Below are positions 47,879-58,114 of a stretch of 60,064 bases of DNA, piece after piece; the stretch's first letter is position 1, and each line of letters opens with the position of its first letter. The DNA is from Parabacteroides sp. Lineage in GTDB: Bacteria; Bacteroidota; Bacteroidia; Bacteroidales; Tannerellaceae. Made by a program: the position numbers and the translations under genes. Below the pieces are notes generated by a model. That model did no database searches and had not been told where the DNA came from. It saw only the letters and a program-made list of their open reading frames with translations. The stretch covers positions 1 to 60,064 of the forward strand of contig JBAYBT010000001.1 in the NCBI GenBank assembly GCA_041669165.1, in the 5' to 3' direction.

Positions 47879-49360
47879 ATGGCAAAAGAGCTGAAAGAAC
47901 TGACACCGAGAAGTGTTAATTATGCGCAATGGTATCAGGATTTGGTAATCAAGGCAGATTTGGCAGAAAACTCTGCTGTACGCGGCTGTATGGTAATTAA
48001 ACCCTACGGATATGCGATTTGGGAGAAAATACAGAGAATACTTGACGATATGTTCAAGGCAACGGGTCATGTTAATGCCTATTTTCCACTGTTAATCCCA
48101 AAATCATTCTTCAGTAAAGAAGCCGAACATGTAAAAGGGTTCGCTAAAGAATGTGCAGTTGTCACTCATTATCGTTTGAAAACAAATGAAGACGGTACAG
48201 CTGTGGTTGTTGATCCCGAAGCCAAACTGGAAGAGGAGCTAATTATCCGACCGACCTCGGAAACGATTATATGGAATACTTACCGGAACTGGGTCCACTC
48301 CTATCGTGACCTCCCCATATTGTGTAATCAGTGGGCAAATGTTATGCGTTGGGAAATGCGTACGCGTCTTTTCCTTCGTACGGCAGAATTCTTGTGGCAA
48401 GAAGGCCATACGGCTCATGCAACAAGAGAAGAAGCTGAGGCTGAAGCAAAAAAAATGCAAGGTGTATATGCCGATTTTGCCGAAAACTATATGGCCATGC
48501 CGGTTATCAAAGGGTGTAAAACCGAAAGCGAACGTTTTGCAGGTGCTTTAGACACGTATACGATTGAAGCCATGATGCAGGACGGTAAAGCGCTTCAAGC
48601 AGGAACATCGCATTTTCTGGGACAGAACTTCGGTAAAGCCTTCGATGTTACATTTCTGGATAAAGAAGGTAAAATTGATTATGCTTGGGCAACCTCATGG
48701 GGTGTTTCAACACGTTTGATCGGTGCGCTGATTATGGCTCATTCAGACGATAATGGTCTTGTTTTGCCGCCACGTTTGGCTCCTATACAAGTTGTTATCG
48801 TTCCGATATATCGCAATGAAGAGCAACTCGCAGTAATCAGTGAAAAAGTCGCAGATATTGTTGAGAACTTGAAGAAATTAGGAATATCTGTCAAGTATGA
48901 CGATTCTGACAATCGCAAACCCGGCTGGAAGTTTGCCAATTATGAATTGCGCGGCGTCCCGGTACGTCTGGCTATCGGAGGTCGTGATTTGGAAAACAAT
49001 ACCATTGAGGTTATGCGTCGTGATACTCTTGAAAAGGAAACCATCACTTGCGACGGTATTGAAACCTACGTTCAGAATCTGTTGGAAGAGATTCAGAAAA
49101 ATATTTATAAGAAAGCTTACGATCTTCGTGCATCGAAAATAATTAATGTGGATACTTATGATGATTTTAAGCAGAAAATTGAAGAAGGCTATTTTATCAT
49201 GGCCCATTGGGACGGGACTGCGGAAACAGAGGCACGCGTTCAGGAAGAAACAAAGGCAACCATCCGCTGTATACCATTTGAAGGAGATAAAACTCCGGGC
49301 AAATGCATGGTTACCGGCAAGCCTTCAGCACAACGAGTGCTTTTTGCACGTGCATATTAA
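47879..49360 (+). CDS. proS: Proline--tRNA ligase (eukaryote/archaeal-type, no INS editing domain)
   Basis: [55 protein letters not shown]-terminal FARAY. -7 element at 47826-47833. Confidence 0.98.
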   Translation: MAKELKELTPRSVNYAQWYQDLVIKADLAENSAVRGCMVIKPYGYAIWEKIQRILDDMFKATGHVNAYFPLLIPKSFFSKEAEHVKGFAKECAVVTHYRLKTNEDGTAVVVDPEAKLEEELIIRPTSETIIWNTYRNWVHSYRDLPILCNQWANVMRWEMRTRLFLRTAEFLWQEGHTAHATREEAEAEAKKMQGVYADFAENYMAMPVIKGCKTESERFAGALDTYTIEAMMQDGKALQAGTSHFLGQNFGKAFDVTFLDKEGKIDYAWATSWGVSTRLIGALIMAHSDDNGLVLPPRLAPIQVVIVPIYRNEEQLAVISEKVADIVENLKKLGISVKYDDSDNRKPGWKFANYELRGVPVRLAIGGRDLENNTIEVMRRDTLEKETITCDGIETYVQNLLEEIQKNIYKKAYDLRASKIINVDTYDDFKQKIEEGYFIMAHWDGTAETEARVQEETKATIRCIPFEGDKTPGKCMVTGKPSAQRVLFARAY

Positions 49361-49370
49361 TTGAATTACT

Positions 49371-50930
49371 ATGGAACTTATTCTCCCGGCAAAACAGGAC
49401 ACAACCGAACCGATCACGATCAATACTAAAGTGTTGGTTGTAATCGGTGCAAACGGAGCAGGCAAAAGCTCCTTTGGACGTGCTTTGCAAAAGCAATATA
49501 AAGAAAAAAGTATATTTGTTTCCGGAATGCATGCTCTTTTTATCGATAGCGATGAAAAAGATGTCTCGGCTGAAGGTTATGAATTGTTACATTTGCAATC
49601 GATCGTTACCAAACGTATCTTTATGCCGAAAATATCGGAATATGAGAAGTTGATCTTGCGTTTGCAGGAAGAAGAATTCGAAACAGCCGTTAAGTTTAAA
49701 GAAGATTGCAAACAGACAAAAAATCTCACTCCTCCCATCACTAAAATCGATGTCATTCAAGGAATATGGGAGAAAATGTTTACACATAACCGTCTCGTTC
49801 ATAAATCCGGATTTATAGAGATTATATCAACTAATCGCAACAGTGATTCGTATAAAGCCGGTCGTATGAGTGATGGTGAAAAAATTGTTTTTTATCTCAT
49901 TGGTACTGCTCTGTATGCACCAAAAGATGCACTATTGATCATTGAAGAACCGGAGATTCTACTCCACGATTCTATCAAGAATCAACTATGGAACGAGATT
50001 GAAGCCTTACGGCCGGATTGTACATTTGTATACCTTACCCATGATATCAACTTTGCATCATCCAGACGCAACAGTAAACGGATATGGATACGCTCTTACA
50101 ATGCCGATGCCGTAATCTGGGATTATGAGCAGATCGAAAGCAACGATAATTTTCCGGAAGAGCTGTATATGGAGATATTGGGAAGCCGCAAACCGATTCT
50201 GTTTATCGAAGGCACAGATACAAACAGCATCGACAGCCAGCTTTATCCGCTGATCTTTCCGGATTATACAGTCAAATCAATGGGGGGGTGCCAGAAAGTT
50301 ATTGAAACGACAAAAGCTTCCGTACAACTGAAAGATTTTCTGACACTCGATACCAGGGGAATTGTTGATCGGGACCGTCGCACACAAGGAGAAATTGATT
50401 ATTTACGCGAACAACACATATATGTTCCCAATGTGGCCGAAGTAGAGAATTTGTTATTACTGGAACCGGTTATCAAGACAGTAGCATGCAGAATGCTAAA
50501 AGACCCCGAGGTCGTATTCAAGCAAGTGAAAGAAAATGTGATCCGGATGTTTGTCAAGGAAATAGATAGTCAAGTGATCCTGCATGCTAAACATCTTGTC
50601 AAAAAGAAACTGGAGATCACGGTAGATAAAAAGATAAACACAGTGGATGAGCTGGCAGAACATATTGAAAATATACAAAACAATGTGCATGTAAATGAGA
50701 TATACGATAAGATCAAAAAGGATTTTACACAATATGCAGAAGAAGGTGATTACAAAAATATCCTGCGCGTATACAACCAGAAAGGTGTACTCCCGCAATG
50801 CCGTCTATGCAGTTTATGTGGCTTGAATAATAAAGAAAGCTATCTGAATCTTGTTCTTTCAATATTGAAGGAAAACGAAGAGGATGCTAAAATTATCAGA
50901 GATACAATAAAAGAATCATTAGGAGCTTAA
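49371..50930 (+). CDS. ABC-type ATPase fused to TOPRIM/DUF4435 nuclease domain (PARIS-merged/OLD-like)
   Basis: Walker A GANGAGKS, signature MSDGEK, Walker B LIIEEPE, H-loop LTHD; then FIEG, GIVDRD (DxD), EVENLLL. Confidence 0.8.
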   Translation: MELILPAKQDTTEPITINTKVLVVIGANGAGKSSFGRALQKQYKEKSIFVSGMHALFIDSDEKDVSAEGYELLHLQSIVTKRIFMPKISEYEKLILRLQEEEFETAVKFKEDCKQTKNLTPPITKIDVIQGIWEKMFTHNRLVHKSGFIEIISTNRNSDSYKAGRMSDGEKIVFYLIGTALYAPKDALLIIEEPEILLHDSIKNQLWNEIEALRPDCTFVYLTHDINFASSRRNSKRIWIRSYNADAVIWDYEQIESNDNFPEELYMEILGSRKPILFIEGTDTNSIDSQLYPLIFPDYTVKSMGGCQKVIETTKASVQLKDFLTLDTRGIVDRDRRTQGEIDYLREQHIYVPNVAEVENLLLLEPVIKTVACRMLKDPEVVFKQVKENVIRMFVKEIDSQVILHAKHLVKKKLEITVDKKINTVDELAEHIENIQNNVHVNEIYDKIKKDFTQYAEEGDYKNILRVYNQKGVLPQCRLCSLCGLNNKESYLNLVLSILKENEEDAKIIRDTIKESLGA

Positions 50931-50940
50931 TTAAGAAAAA

Positions 50941-52713
50941 ATGCGTACACCAACTTTACAATATCTTTACTTGCAGAAACCGGTAACGATGGTTATTATT
51001 ATCTGCATTATTTCAGTCTTTCCGTGGATTGGACTGGGAGACTTCTCTACCAAAGGCGAACCTCGCGAAGCTGCTGTAGCCGTATCAATGCTGAATACCG
51101 GGAACTGGGTCCTTCCACAAACTTACGCGGATGAGTTTGCCTACAAACCACCAATGGCACATTGGCTGATGGCATTGTTTTCGTATCCACAAGGATACGT
51201 ATCTGAATTTACATCGCGTTTGCCTTCGGCATTGGCGTTTATTACGCTTATCGGATTCGTATTGATGTTCTTCGGAAAACGATTCCGATTCCAACAAGCG
51301 TTTATTGCGACTCTGCTGCTGATTACCTGCATTGAGATCCATCGAGCGGCAATGACGACCCGGGTGGATATGTTGCTGACCATGTTTATAGTGCTTGGAC
51401 TTTTTCAGTTGTATCGATGGGAAGACTTGCTCGAACTGAAAGGTTTGCCGGTGATGATTCCGATATTACTCGGTTGTGCAGTTCTAACTAAAGGTCCTGT
51501 AGGAATCATTCTTCCACTATTTGTTTTTGGAGTCTATCTGCTGATGCTCAGAAAATATTCGCTGCTGACTATATTTAAAGCTTTGCTCTATTCGTGTGTA
51601 GCATCATTATTTTTACCAGCTCTCTGGTATATTGCCGCTTACAAAGAAGGAGGCGATAATTTTCTAAATGTCGTTTTAGCCGAAAACTTCGGTCGATTCT
51701 TTCATCTGAATACACCGGGTATCAATTATGAGTTGGGGCATGAAAATGGCGTATGGTATAATTTTGTAACGCTTGCTGCCGGATTTGCGCCGTGGACTTT
51801 GTTTTTTGTATTTTCTTTATTTGGAATTAAGTACTGCAAACCTCAAAAAAGCCTGAAAGAAATATTGAAAGATATTTGGCATAAAATTTTATCTATGGAA
51901 AAGGTACAACTATTCAGCCTTGTTGCCCTGGTTTGCATTCTTTTATTTTATTCTATTCCTTCTAGTAAACGCAGTGTATACCTGATGCCTGCCTATCCTT
52001 TTATTGCCATCTTCCTCGCTCAATATGCAATATATATTACAGAATATAGAATGAGGGTAACTCGTGTTTTTGCTGCATTTATGGTTTCAATAGTAACGGT
52101 AGTAATTGTCGCTATCGGACTAACCATGTCGGGCATTATTCATCCTGAACTTATAGTACAGCAATATACTCATCACGAATCGACTATACAAACAGTTACA
52201 CTCGTTTCAAACATGTTCGCTTCGTCTAGCGGATTGACCATTAGTATTCTTCTGTTTATGCTCATTATTCTCTTTACTGTAGGATATCAGATGTTTAAGA
52301 AAATCAATCTCAAAATACTCTATTCAACGATTGCACTTATGTTTGCCATAAACTTATTGATTGATGGAGTTGTCATGAGGGGAATACGCGAAGGAGCTTC
52401 TTCCCGGCCATTCGCCCAACAAGTGGTAAAAGATTTTCCATTGAATGACAGTAATATGTTTGTCATGAACAATCTAAAACAATACACAAATCTTTATGGA
52501 TTGAATTTTTACATGGGTAATAAGTTTCATAATTTTGAAACACAAAAACCTTCCAAAGGATATATGTTTGTTGCAGAAGAAGACATGGAGAAGATACAAA
52601 AAAATTATGGAGATAAGTATCTTTTTAGTAAGCTTACCTCCACAAATTATACCATTGCAGACGTTCGTCAAAAAATTTTATTGTGCAGTTTCACATTAAA
52701 AACTGCACAATAA
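50941..52713 (+). CDS. ArnT/PMT_2-family GT-C glycosyltransferase
   Basis: GEPREA, YKPPMAHW, SRLPSAL, RVDM, LTKGPVG, SKRSVYLMPAYP; many TM helices. Confidence 0.88.
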   Translation: MRTPTLQYLYLQKPVTMVIIICIISVFPWIGLGDFSTKGEPREAAVAVSMLNTGNWVLPQTYADEFAYKPPMAHWLMALFSYPQGYVSEFTSRLPSALAFITLIGFVLMFFGKRFRFQQAFIATLLLITCIEIHRAAMTTRVDMLLTMFIVLGLFQLYRWEDLLELKGLPVMIPILLGCAVLTKGPVGIILPLFVFGVYLLMLRKYSLLTIFKALLYSCVASLFLPALWYIAAYKEGGDNFLNVVLAENFGRFFHLNTPGINYELGHENGVWYNFVTLAAGFAPWTLFFVFSLFGIKYCKPQKSLKEILKDIWHKILSMEKVQLFSLVALVCILLFYSIPSSKRSVYLMPAYPFIAIFLAQYAIYITEYRMRVTRVFAAFMVSIVTVVIVAIGLTMSGIIHPELIVQQYTHHESTIQTVTLVSNMFASSSGLTISILLFMLIILFTVGYQMFKKINLKILYSTIALMFAINLLIDGVVMRGIREGASSRPFAQQVVKDFPLNDSNMFVMNNLKQYTNLYGLNFYMGNKFHNFETQKPSKGYMFVAEEDMEKIQKNYGDKYLFSKLTSTNYTIADVRQKILLCSFTLKTAQ

Positions 52714-52721
52714 ACAGTTAT

Positions 52722-54068
52722 TCAATATTTGAAAGCCTTTCCGCCAACCATAACCTCTTGTGTTGATTCATTAAATGAAGCTTTTTCGCCTGTACGAAGA
52801 GATGCGTTACACATAATATTCGCAATAGAATGATTATAACCCGCTTCTACAGATGCATTCGGTTGCTTGCGACTCTTAACACATTCCATCCAGTTGCGGA
52901 CGTGAAGGTTCGTCATCGGATCTGATCCCGTATTCGAACCTGTTTCGACTTTAATTGATGGCAAATCATATGGAGTCAACAAGTTCGCATGCATATCCAT
53001 CTCGGCGGCTGCTGTTTGAGTAAGGCCTCCATCAGGTGTGATCTTGTTTGTATCGAGATTCAAAGTTCCCCCATTTGAAAAATAAAGTTCCTTTGTTCCA
53101 CCTGCCGAATTATGCATTCGCGACGAATAAACAACCTGGAAGCTCTGTGAACCATCTTCTGTTCCATAATCGAAAACAGCTGTCATCGTATCATAGTTAC
53201 GCCGACCGTCTTTCCATTGATAAATGCCTCCATTTGCAGCCACACTCTTTGGGTGCGAACAACCTGTGAACCAATGAACGGTATCGATCTGATGAGACAT
53301 CCATTGTCCGGGAATTCCTGATGAGAACGGCCAGAACAAGCGATATTCCAAATATTTGCGAGGATCCCATTCCTCATAAGGACGGTTGATAAGAAAACGT
53401 TTCCAGTCGGTATCTTTCTCAAAACACTGTGCAACAAGTTTCGGACGACGCCAACGACCAGGCTGGTTTACATTCCAGCACATTTCAACCATTGTAATCT
53501 TTCCAAACTTACCGGAGCGGATGAAATCGTTTGCTGCCTGATAATTCGGTGCTGAACGGCGCTGCGAACCGATCTGTACAATCTTCCTGCTTTCCAGAAC
53601 CGCTTTGCGTGCTGCACGGGCATCTTCCATCGTTTCAGCAAATGGCTTTTCAACATAAGCATCACAATCGGCCTTAATCGCTTGTATACAATGTGTTGCA
53701 TGTTGGAAATCAGCAGTTGCAACAATCACGGCATCGCAAATCCTTGAATCATAAAGCTCCTCGTTGTTACGGAATGGCTTAACAGTCTGACCGTATTTCT
53801 GCTGAAAAAAAGCTACGCCTTCTTCACGGCGACGTTTCCAAATATCAGACACACCGACAATATCAAAACCCAAGTCAGCTGCATAAGCTTCAAAAGAAGG
53901 GATCAAAGAATTACGGGCACGATCGGAAAAGCCAACGATTCCAACATGAATCTTTTCATTTGCACCCACAATATTTGCATAACTTTTCGCACTAAAACCC
54001 ATACCACCAATAGTCAGGCCTGCAGCGCCAAATGCACTTTGCTTAAGAAAATCTCTACGTGTAGTCAT
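52722..54068 (-). CDS. Tat-exported Gfo/Idh/MocA oxidoreductase (putative glycoside 3-dehydrogenase)
   Basis: MTTRRDFLK, GANEKIHVGIVG, ATADFQH, YVEKP, QIGSQRRS, QWMSHQID. Confidence 0.88.
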   Translation of the reverse strand: MTTRRDFLKQSAFGAAGLTIGGMGFSAKSYANIVGANEKIHVGIVGFSDRARNSLIPSFEAYAADLGFDIVGVSDIWKRRREEGVAFFQQKYGQTVKPFRNNEELYDSRICDAVIVATADFQHATHCIQAIKADCDAYVEKPFAETMEDARAARKAVLESRKIVQIGSQRRSAPNYQAANDFIRSGKFGKITMVEMCWNVNQPGRWRRPKLVAQCFEKDTDWKRFLINRPYEEWDPRKYLEYRLFWPFSSGIPGQWMSHQIDTVHWFTGCSHPKSVAANGGIYQWKDGRRNYDTMTAVFDYGTEDGSQSFQVVYSSRMHNSAGGTKELYFSNGGTLNLDTNKITPDGGLTQTAAAEMDMHANLLTPYDLPSIKVETGSNTGSDPMTNLHVRNWMECVKSRKQPNASVEAGYNHSIANIMCNASLRTGEKASFNESTQEVMVGGKAFKY

Positions 54069-54088
54069 GATCTAATATATTTTAAGAA

Positions 54089-54895
54089 TTACTTCAATAC
54101 TCTAATCTTTATATTGCGATAAGCGACTTCATCGCCATGATCTTGTAACAAAATATGACCTTTCTTTGCCAGGCCAAAACCGCCGAATTCCCTATATTGT
54201 TCGCCAGCAAATTTACTGCCTTTTACTAAATCAAGAAATTCTTTTGTGCCCCAATCATATTCCAATACTTTAGTACCATTCAACCAATGCTCAACATGCA
54301 TTTTGGGAGAGACTTTGATTAATCCCTTATTCCATACTCCCACACCATTAAAATGCTTATTTTTAGCAGCAATAATATCATACAAACTCGAGAGCGTACG
54401 ACTTCCCGGATAGGTAGTATATAGCTTTGCATCCGGATGAACGGCGTCATCAAGAACTTGATATTCAGGCCCAATAACAAATCCCTTATTTTTCTGACTT
54501 TCCAGAATCAAATATTTAACACCACTATTTGCTCCCGTTGTCAACTTAAATTCAAAAATCAATTCAAAAGCTGAATATTCATCGTCGGTCACTATATCGC
54601 CACCACGTTTATTATTCGTCCCATTTGTTTTCATCACAATCAGTTCGCCATTTTCTACCTTCCAGCCGTGATCGGGGAAAGCGGTCATTCCTGCTCCCCT
54701 CCAACCATTAGTTGTCTTTCCATCAAACAAAAGCTTCCAACCGGCTGATTTTTCTGCTTTAGTAAGTCGGTTCAAAGCATGTGCAGATTCTATTCCGGAT
54801 TTTTTTACAGCAAGATGATCTGTTGTTTGTGCCTCCATTGCGAATGCACCAAATAAAAGTAAAGGCATTACTGCCCATTTCAAATAAGTTTTCAT
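54089..54895 (-). CDS. DUF1080 / 3-keto-disaccharide hydrolase family protein
   Basis: Signal peptide; GWKLLFDGKT..GW, ANSGVKY, GPEYQVLDD, EHWLNG, GHILLQDHG..V.YRNIKIR. -7 element at 54956-54963. Confidence 0.88.
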   Translation of the reverse strand: MKTYLKWAVMPLLLFGAFAMEAQTTDHLAVKKSGIESAHALNRLTKAEKSAGWKLLFDGKTTNGWRGAGMTAFPDHGWKVENGELIVMKTNGTNNKRGGDIVTDDEYSAFELIFEFKLTTGANSGVKYLILESQKNKGFVIGPEYQVLDDAVHPDAKLYTTYPGSRTLSSLYDIIAAKNKHFNGVGVWNKGLIKVSPKMHVEHWLNGTKVLEYDWGTKEFLDLVKGSKFAGEQYREFGGFGLAKKGHILLQDHGDEVAYRNIKIRVLK

Positions 54896-55219
54896 TTGTC
54901 TTTCAGATATTTATTTATTAAACATTTATATTGCAAAGGGATATGTGTACGCCAACAAATGTAATAATTATTCTGAACCTGACAATTCACGATGTAGAAT
55001 TATTCATAAAAAATAATCTTTGTTGGATTTAGGACTATTGGTAGTCAGATTTATATCTAAATCTTAAAAGATAATAGGCTCATGAAAGGCTATAAATGCA
55101 TAATATTTCTTACATTTGCTACAAAAAGCAAATGAGAATTACACCTTGGCATAACTTTCAGGCAAATCTGAAGATTTTGCTTTTGGGTTACAGTATTTAA
55201 TAAGATATTGTTCATTTCA

Positions 55220-58102
55220 ATGAAATTATTAGCTTCGATAATGATAATAGCTGCGTGTTGTACGAATAAGATACTGGCCGAAAACTCAAACGTTTTGAAG
55301 GTCAATGAATATAAATTGGAGAATGGCTTAACAGTCTGGTTAAACGAAGATCATAGTCAGCCTAAGATTTTTGGTGCTGTAATTGTTAAGGCGGGTTCAA
55401 AAGACTGTCCTGATACGGGAATCGCCCATTACTTCGAACATATGATGTTTAAAGGCACCGATAAGATCGGAACAACAAACTATGCAGCAGAAAAGGAGAT
55501 TCTTGATGTCATATCTCAAAAATACGATGAACTGGCCTCGACCACAGATCCCAAACAACGTGCACAATTATTGAAATCGATCAATGAATTGACTGTAAGT
55601 TCATCAAAATATGTAATACCCAATGAGTTCAATCGCTTGATCACACGCTATGGCGGTTCCGGACTTAACGCGGCAACTTCATATGATGCAACCATCTATT
55701 TCAACACTTTCTCGCCTCAGTATATCGAACAATGGGCCGAACTGAACAGTGAGCGCCTGATCGATCCGGTTTTTCGTCTTTTTCAAAATGAATTGGAAAC
55801 CGTATATGAAGAAAAAAACATGCATGGCGACATGATTGGCGGACAAGTGATGGATACACTACTGTCGCGTTATTTCAAACCACATCCTTACGCCTACCCT
55901 ATTATCGGAAGCACAAAGAATCTGAAGAATCCCCGTCTTTCGGAAATGCGCAAGTTCTTCAACGATTACTATGTTGCTTCAAATATGGCGCTTATCTTAA
56001 GCGGAGACTTCGATACGGAAACGATAATGCCTATAATCAAAAAAACATTCTCTCGTGTTCGCTGCGGAGTGGCACCTGTAAGGAAATCTGTAGATTTACC
56101 TCCATTCAAAGGAAAAGAGAAGATGAAAATAAAGTTGCCGATTCCATTTATTAAAGCTATAGGACTGGGGTTCAGAGGTGTTTCTGCCAATCATGAGGAT
56201 CTGGTCGCACTAAAAATTGCAGTTGGCTTATTGAACAATACAAACGGGACAGGTTTTCTGGACAAACTGATGGTCGATCATAAACTGCTAAGTGCGGTAG
56301 CGATGAATGAGAATCTGAATGAAGCAGGCATACTGGCTGTGGCAGCAATCACAAAACCAATTATACAGACTTACGGTAATGCTGAAAAAATGATCTGGAA
56401 GCAAATTAATCGGATAAAGCAAGGCGATTTCAGTGATGAAGTATTTAATAGTATGAAACTTGAACAGAAACGTCAGTTTGCATCTGCATTGGAGAATATC
56501 GACTCGAGAACTACAATTATGATGAATCTGTTTTCTCAGGGAAAAAGCTGGAATGACTACCTGCAGGAAGTATCAAAAATCGACGCAATAACAAAAGAAG
56601 ATGTGATTAGGATTGCTAATAAATACTTTACCAAAAATTATCTTTGTATCACAAAAAGTACAGGAAAGTATCCTAAGGATGATCTGCCTAAACCCAACTT
56701 TGCGCCTGTTGTACCGAAAAATATGGAAGCGTCCTCTGAATATGCCAAATATTTGACCACTATTCCGGTACAGCCGAACAAACCACGGCTGATTGATTTT
56801 GATAAAGATGTGAAAACGTTCCAGTTGGCACCCTTGGTAAGATTGTATACCACACCCAATAAGATGAATGATATCTTCACTATCGATATCATCTATAATG
56901 TAGGATTTTACAAAATGCCTGTCCTTACACAACTGGCAATGTATCTGCAGTTTCTGGGAACCGATACGCTGGCATATGAACAGTTCAGAAGCAAACTACA
57001 ATCCATAGGTAGTACTTTGATGTTTGATGTCGCAAACAATTTTTTTGTTGTGAAAATCTCAGGCTTTGACAATCATATAAAAGAAACAATGGCTCTTGTG
57101 AATGATTTTATGCATCATGCCAAAGCTGATGATAAAAAAATCGACCAGTTATCTGACGAAGACAAAGTCACACGCAAAGCTTTTTATAAATCGAGCGATA
57201 ATATAGCCGGCGCTCTTTTGGAAAAAGTCAGGTATGGTAAAAATTCCAAATATCTGACAAAACTGACACATTCGCAGATAAAGAAACTGAAAGGCAAACA
57301 GTTATTGGAGGTTTTTCAGACAGTTCAAAAGATTCAATGCAGCATACACTATTGTGGTACGCTCCCTGATGATGAGATTACACTCCTCATCAAAAATCAT
57401 TTTGCTATTGATGACGTAAAGAATGAATCACAACTGTACTCGCCGGAAGTATTGGCTTATGAAAAACCATTGGTGTTCTTTGTCAACATGCCTGAGGTAT
57501 CGCAAAGCATCATATACAGTTATGTAATGAGTAAACCGCAAACCGATATCAGGGAGCGTAATGCATCGCAGATGTTTTCTGTCTATTTTGGTGGAGGAAT
57601 GTCGTCGCTGATGTTTCAGGAGATTCGCGAATTTCGGTCGTTCGCTTATCATACTAATGGAAGTTTTATATTATCTCCTTATCTGTTCAGGAATCAGCCC
57701 GGTCATTTTGTTACAATGCTTTCAACCCAGTCTGACAAAACAATCGATGCCATGACTCTGTTGGATTCGCTGATAAAAAAGATGCCGCTTAAACCGGAAA
57801 AGGTCGCCTCTGTCAAACAAAATATCATCAATCAGGTAAACAATGAGTATCCCTCATTTAGAACCCTGTCATCAAAAATTGATGAGTTCAGAAGAGAAGG
57901 ATTTACAAGCGATCCCCGGCAATTTTTACTTGAGAACATCCGTGAGATGGATATGAACGACATCAATCGTTTTTATGAGGAAAATGTCAGCGAACATCCG
58001 GTCATCTACATCATTGCCGGCAACAAAAAGAAAATAGATATGGAAAAACTAGCTTCGTTCGGAACAATCATCAATGTAAAAAAGAAGGATATCTATAATT
58101 AA
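55220..58102 (+). CDS. M16 (insulinase/PqqL-like) zinc protease, exported
   Basis: GIAHYFEHMMFKGT inverted zinc motif, LNAATS, VYEEKN, QEIREFRSFAY; signal peptide ending IAAC. -7 element at 55111-55118. Confidence 0.9.
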   Translation: MKLLASIMIIAACCTNKILAENSNVLKVNEYKLENGLTVWLNEDHSQPKIFGAVIVKAGSKDCPDTGIAHYFEHMMFKGTDKIGTTNYAAEKEILDVISQKYDELASTTDPKQRAQLLKSINELTVSSSKYVIPNEFNRLITRYGGSGLNAATSYDATIYFNTFSPQYIEQWAELNSERLIDPVFRLFQNELETVYEEKNMHGDMIGGQVMDTLLSRYFKPHPYAYPIIGSTKNLKNPRLSEMRKFFNDYYVASNMALILSGDFDTETIMPIIKKTFSRVRCGVAPVRKSVDLPPFKGKEKMKIKLPIPFIKAIGLGFRGVSANHEDLVALKIAVGLLNNTNGTGFLDKLMVDHKLLSAVAMNENLNEAGILAVAAITKPIIQTYGNAEKMIWKQINRIKQGDFSDEVFNSMKLEQKRQFASALENIDSRTTIMMNLFSQGKSWNDYLQEVSKIDAITKEDVIRIANKYFTKNYLCITKSTGKYPKDDLPKPNFAPVVPKNMEASSEYAKYLTTIPVQPNKPRLIDFDKDVKTFQLAPLVRLYTTPNKMNDIFTIDIIYNVGFYKMPVLTQLAMYLQFLGTDTLAYEQFRSKLQSIGSTLMFDVANNFFVVKISGFDNHIKETMALVNDFMHHAKADDKKIDQLSDEDKVTRKAFYKSSDNIAGALLEKVRYGKNSKYLTKLTHSQIKKLKGKQLLEVFQTVQKIQCSIHYCGTLPDDEITLLIKNHFAIDDVKNESQLYSPEVLAYEKPLVFFVNMPEVSQSIIYSYVMSKPQTDIRERNASQMFSVYFGGGMSSLMFQEIREFRSFAYHTNGSFILSPYLFRNQPGHFVTMLSTQSDKTIDAMTLLDSLIKKMPLKPEKVASVKQNIINQVNNEYPSFRTLSSKIDEFRREGFTSDPRQFLLENIREMDMNDINRFYEENVSEHPVIYIIAGNKKKIDMEKLASFGTIINVKKKDIYN

Positions 58103-58114
58103 CAAGTCTCGGAC

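Noticed and set aside
55133-55166. Resemblance to a glycine riboswitch (GAGA...CACC...AACTTTCAGGCAAA)
   Set aside because: Lacks the conserved GAAG core and P2/P3 stems and is too short; kept only as a generic structured leader.
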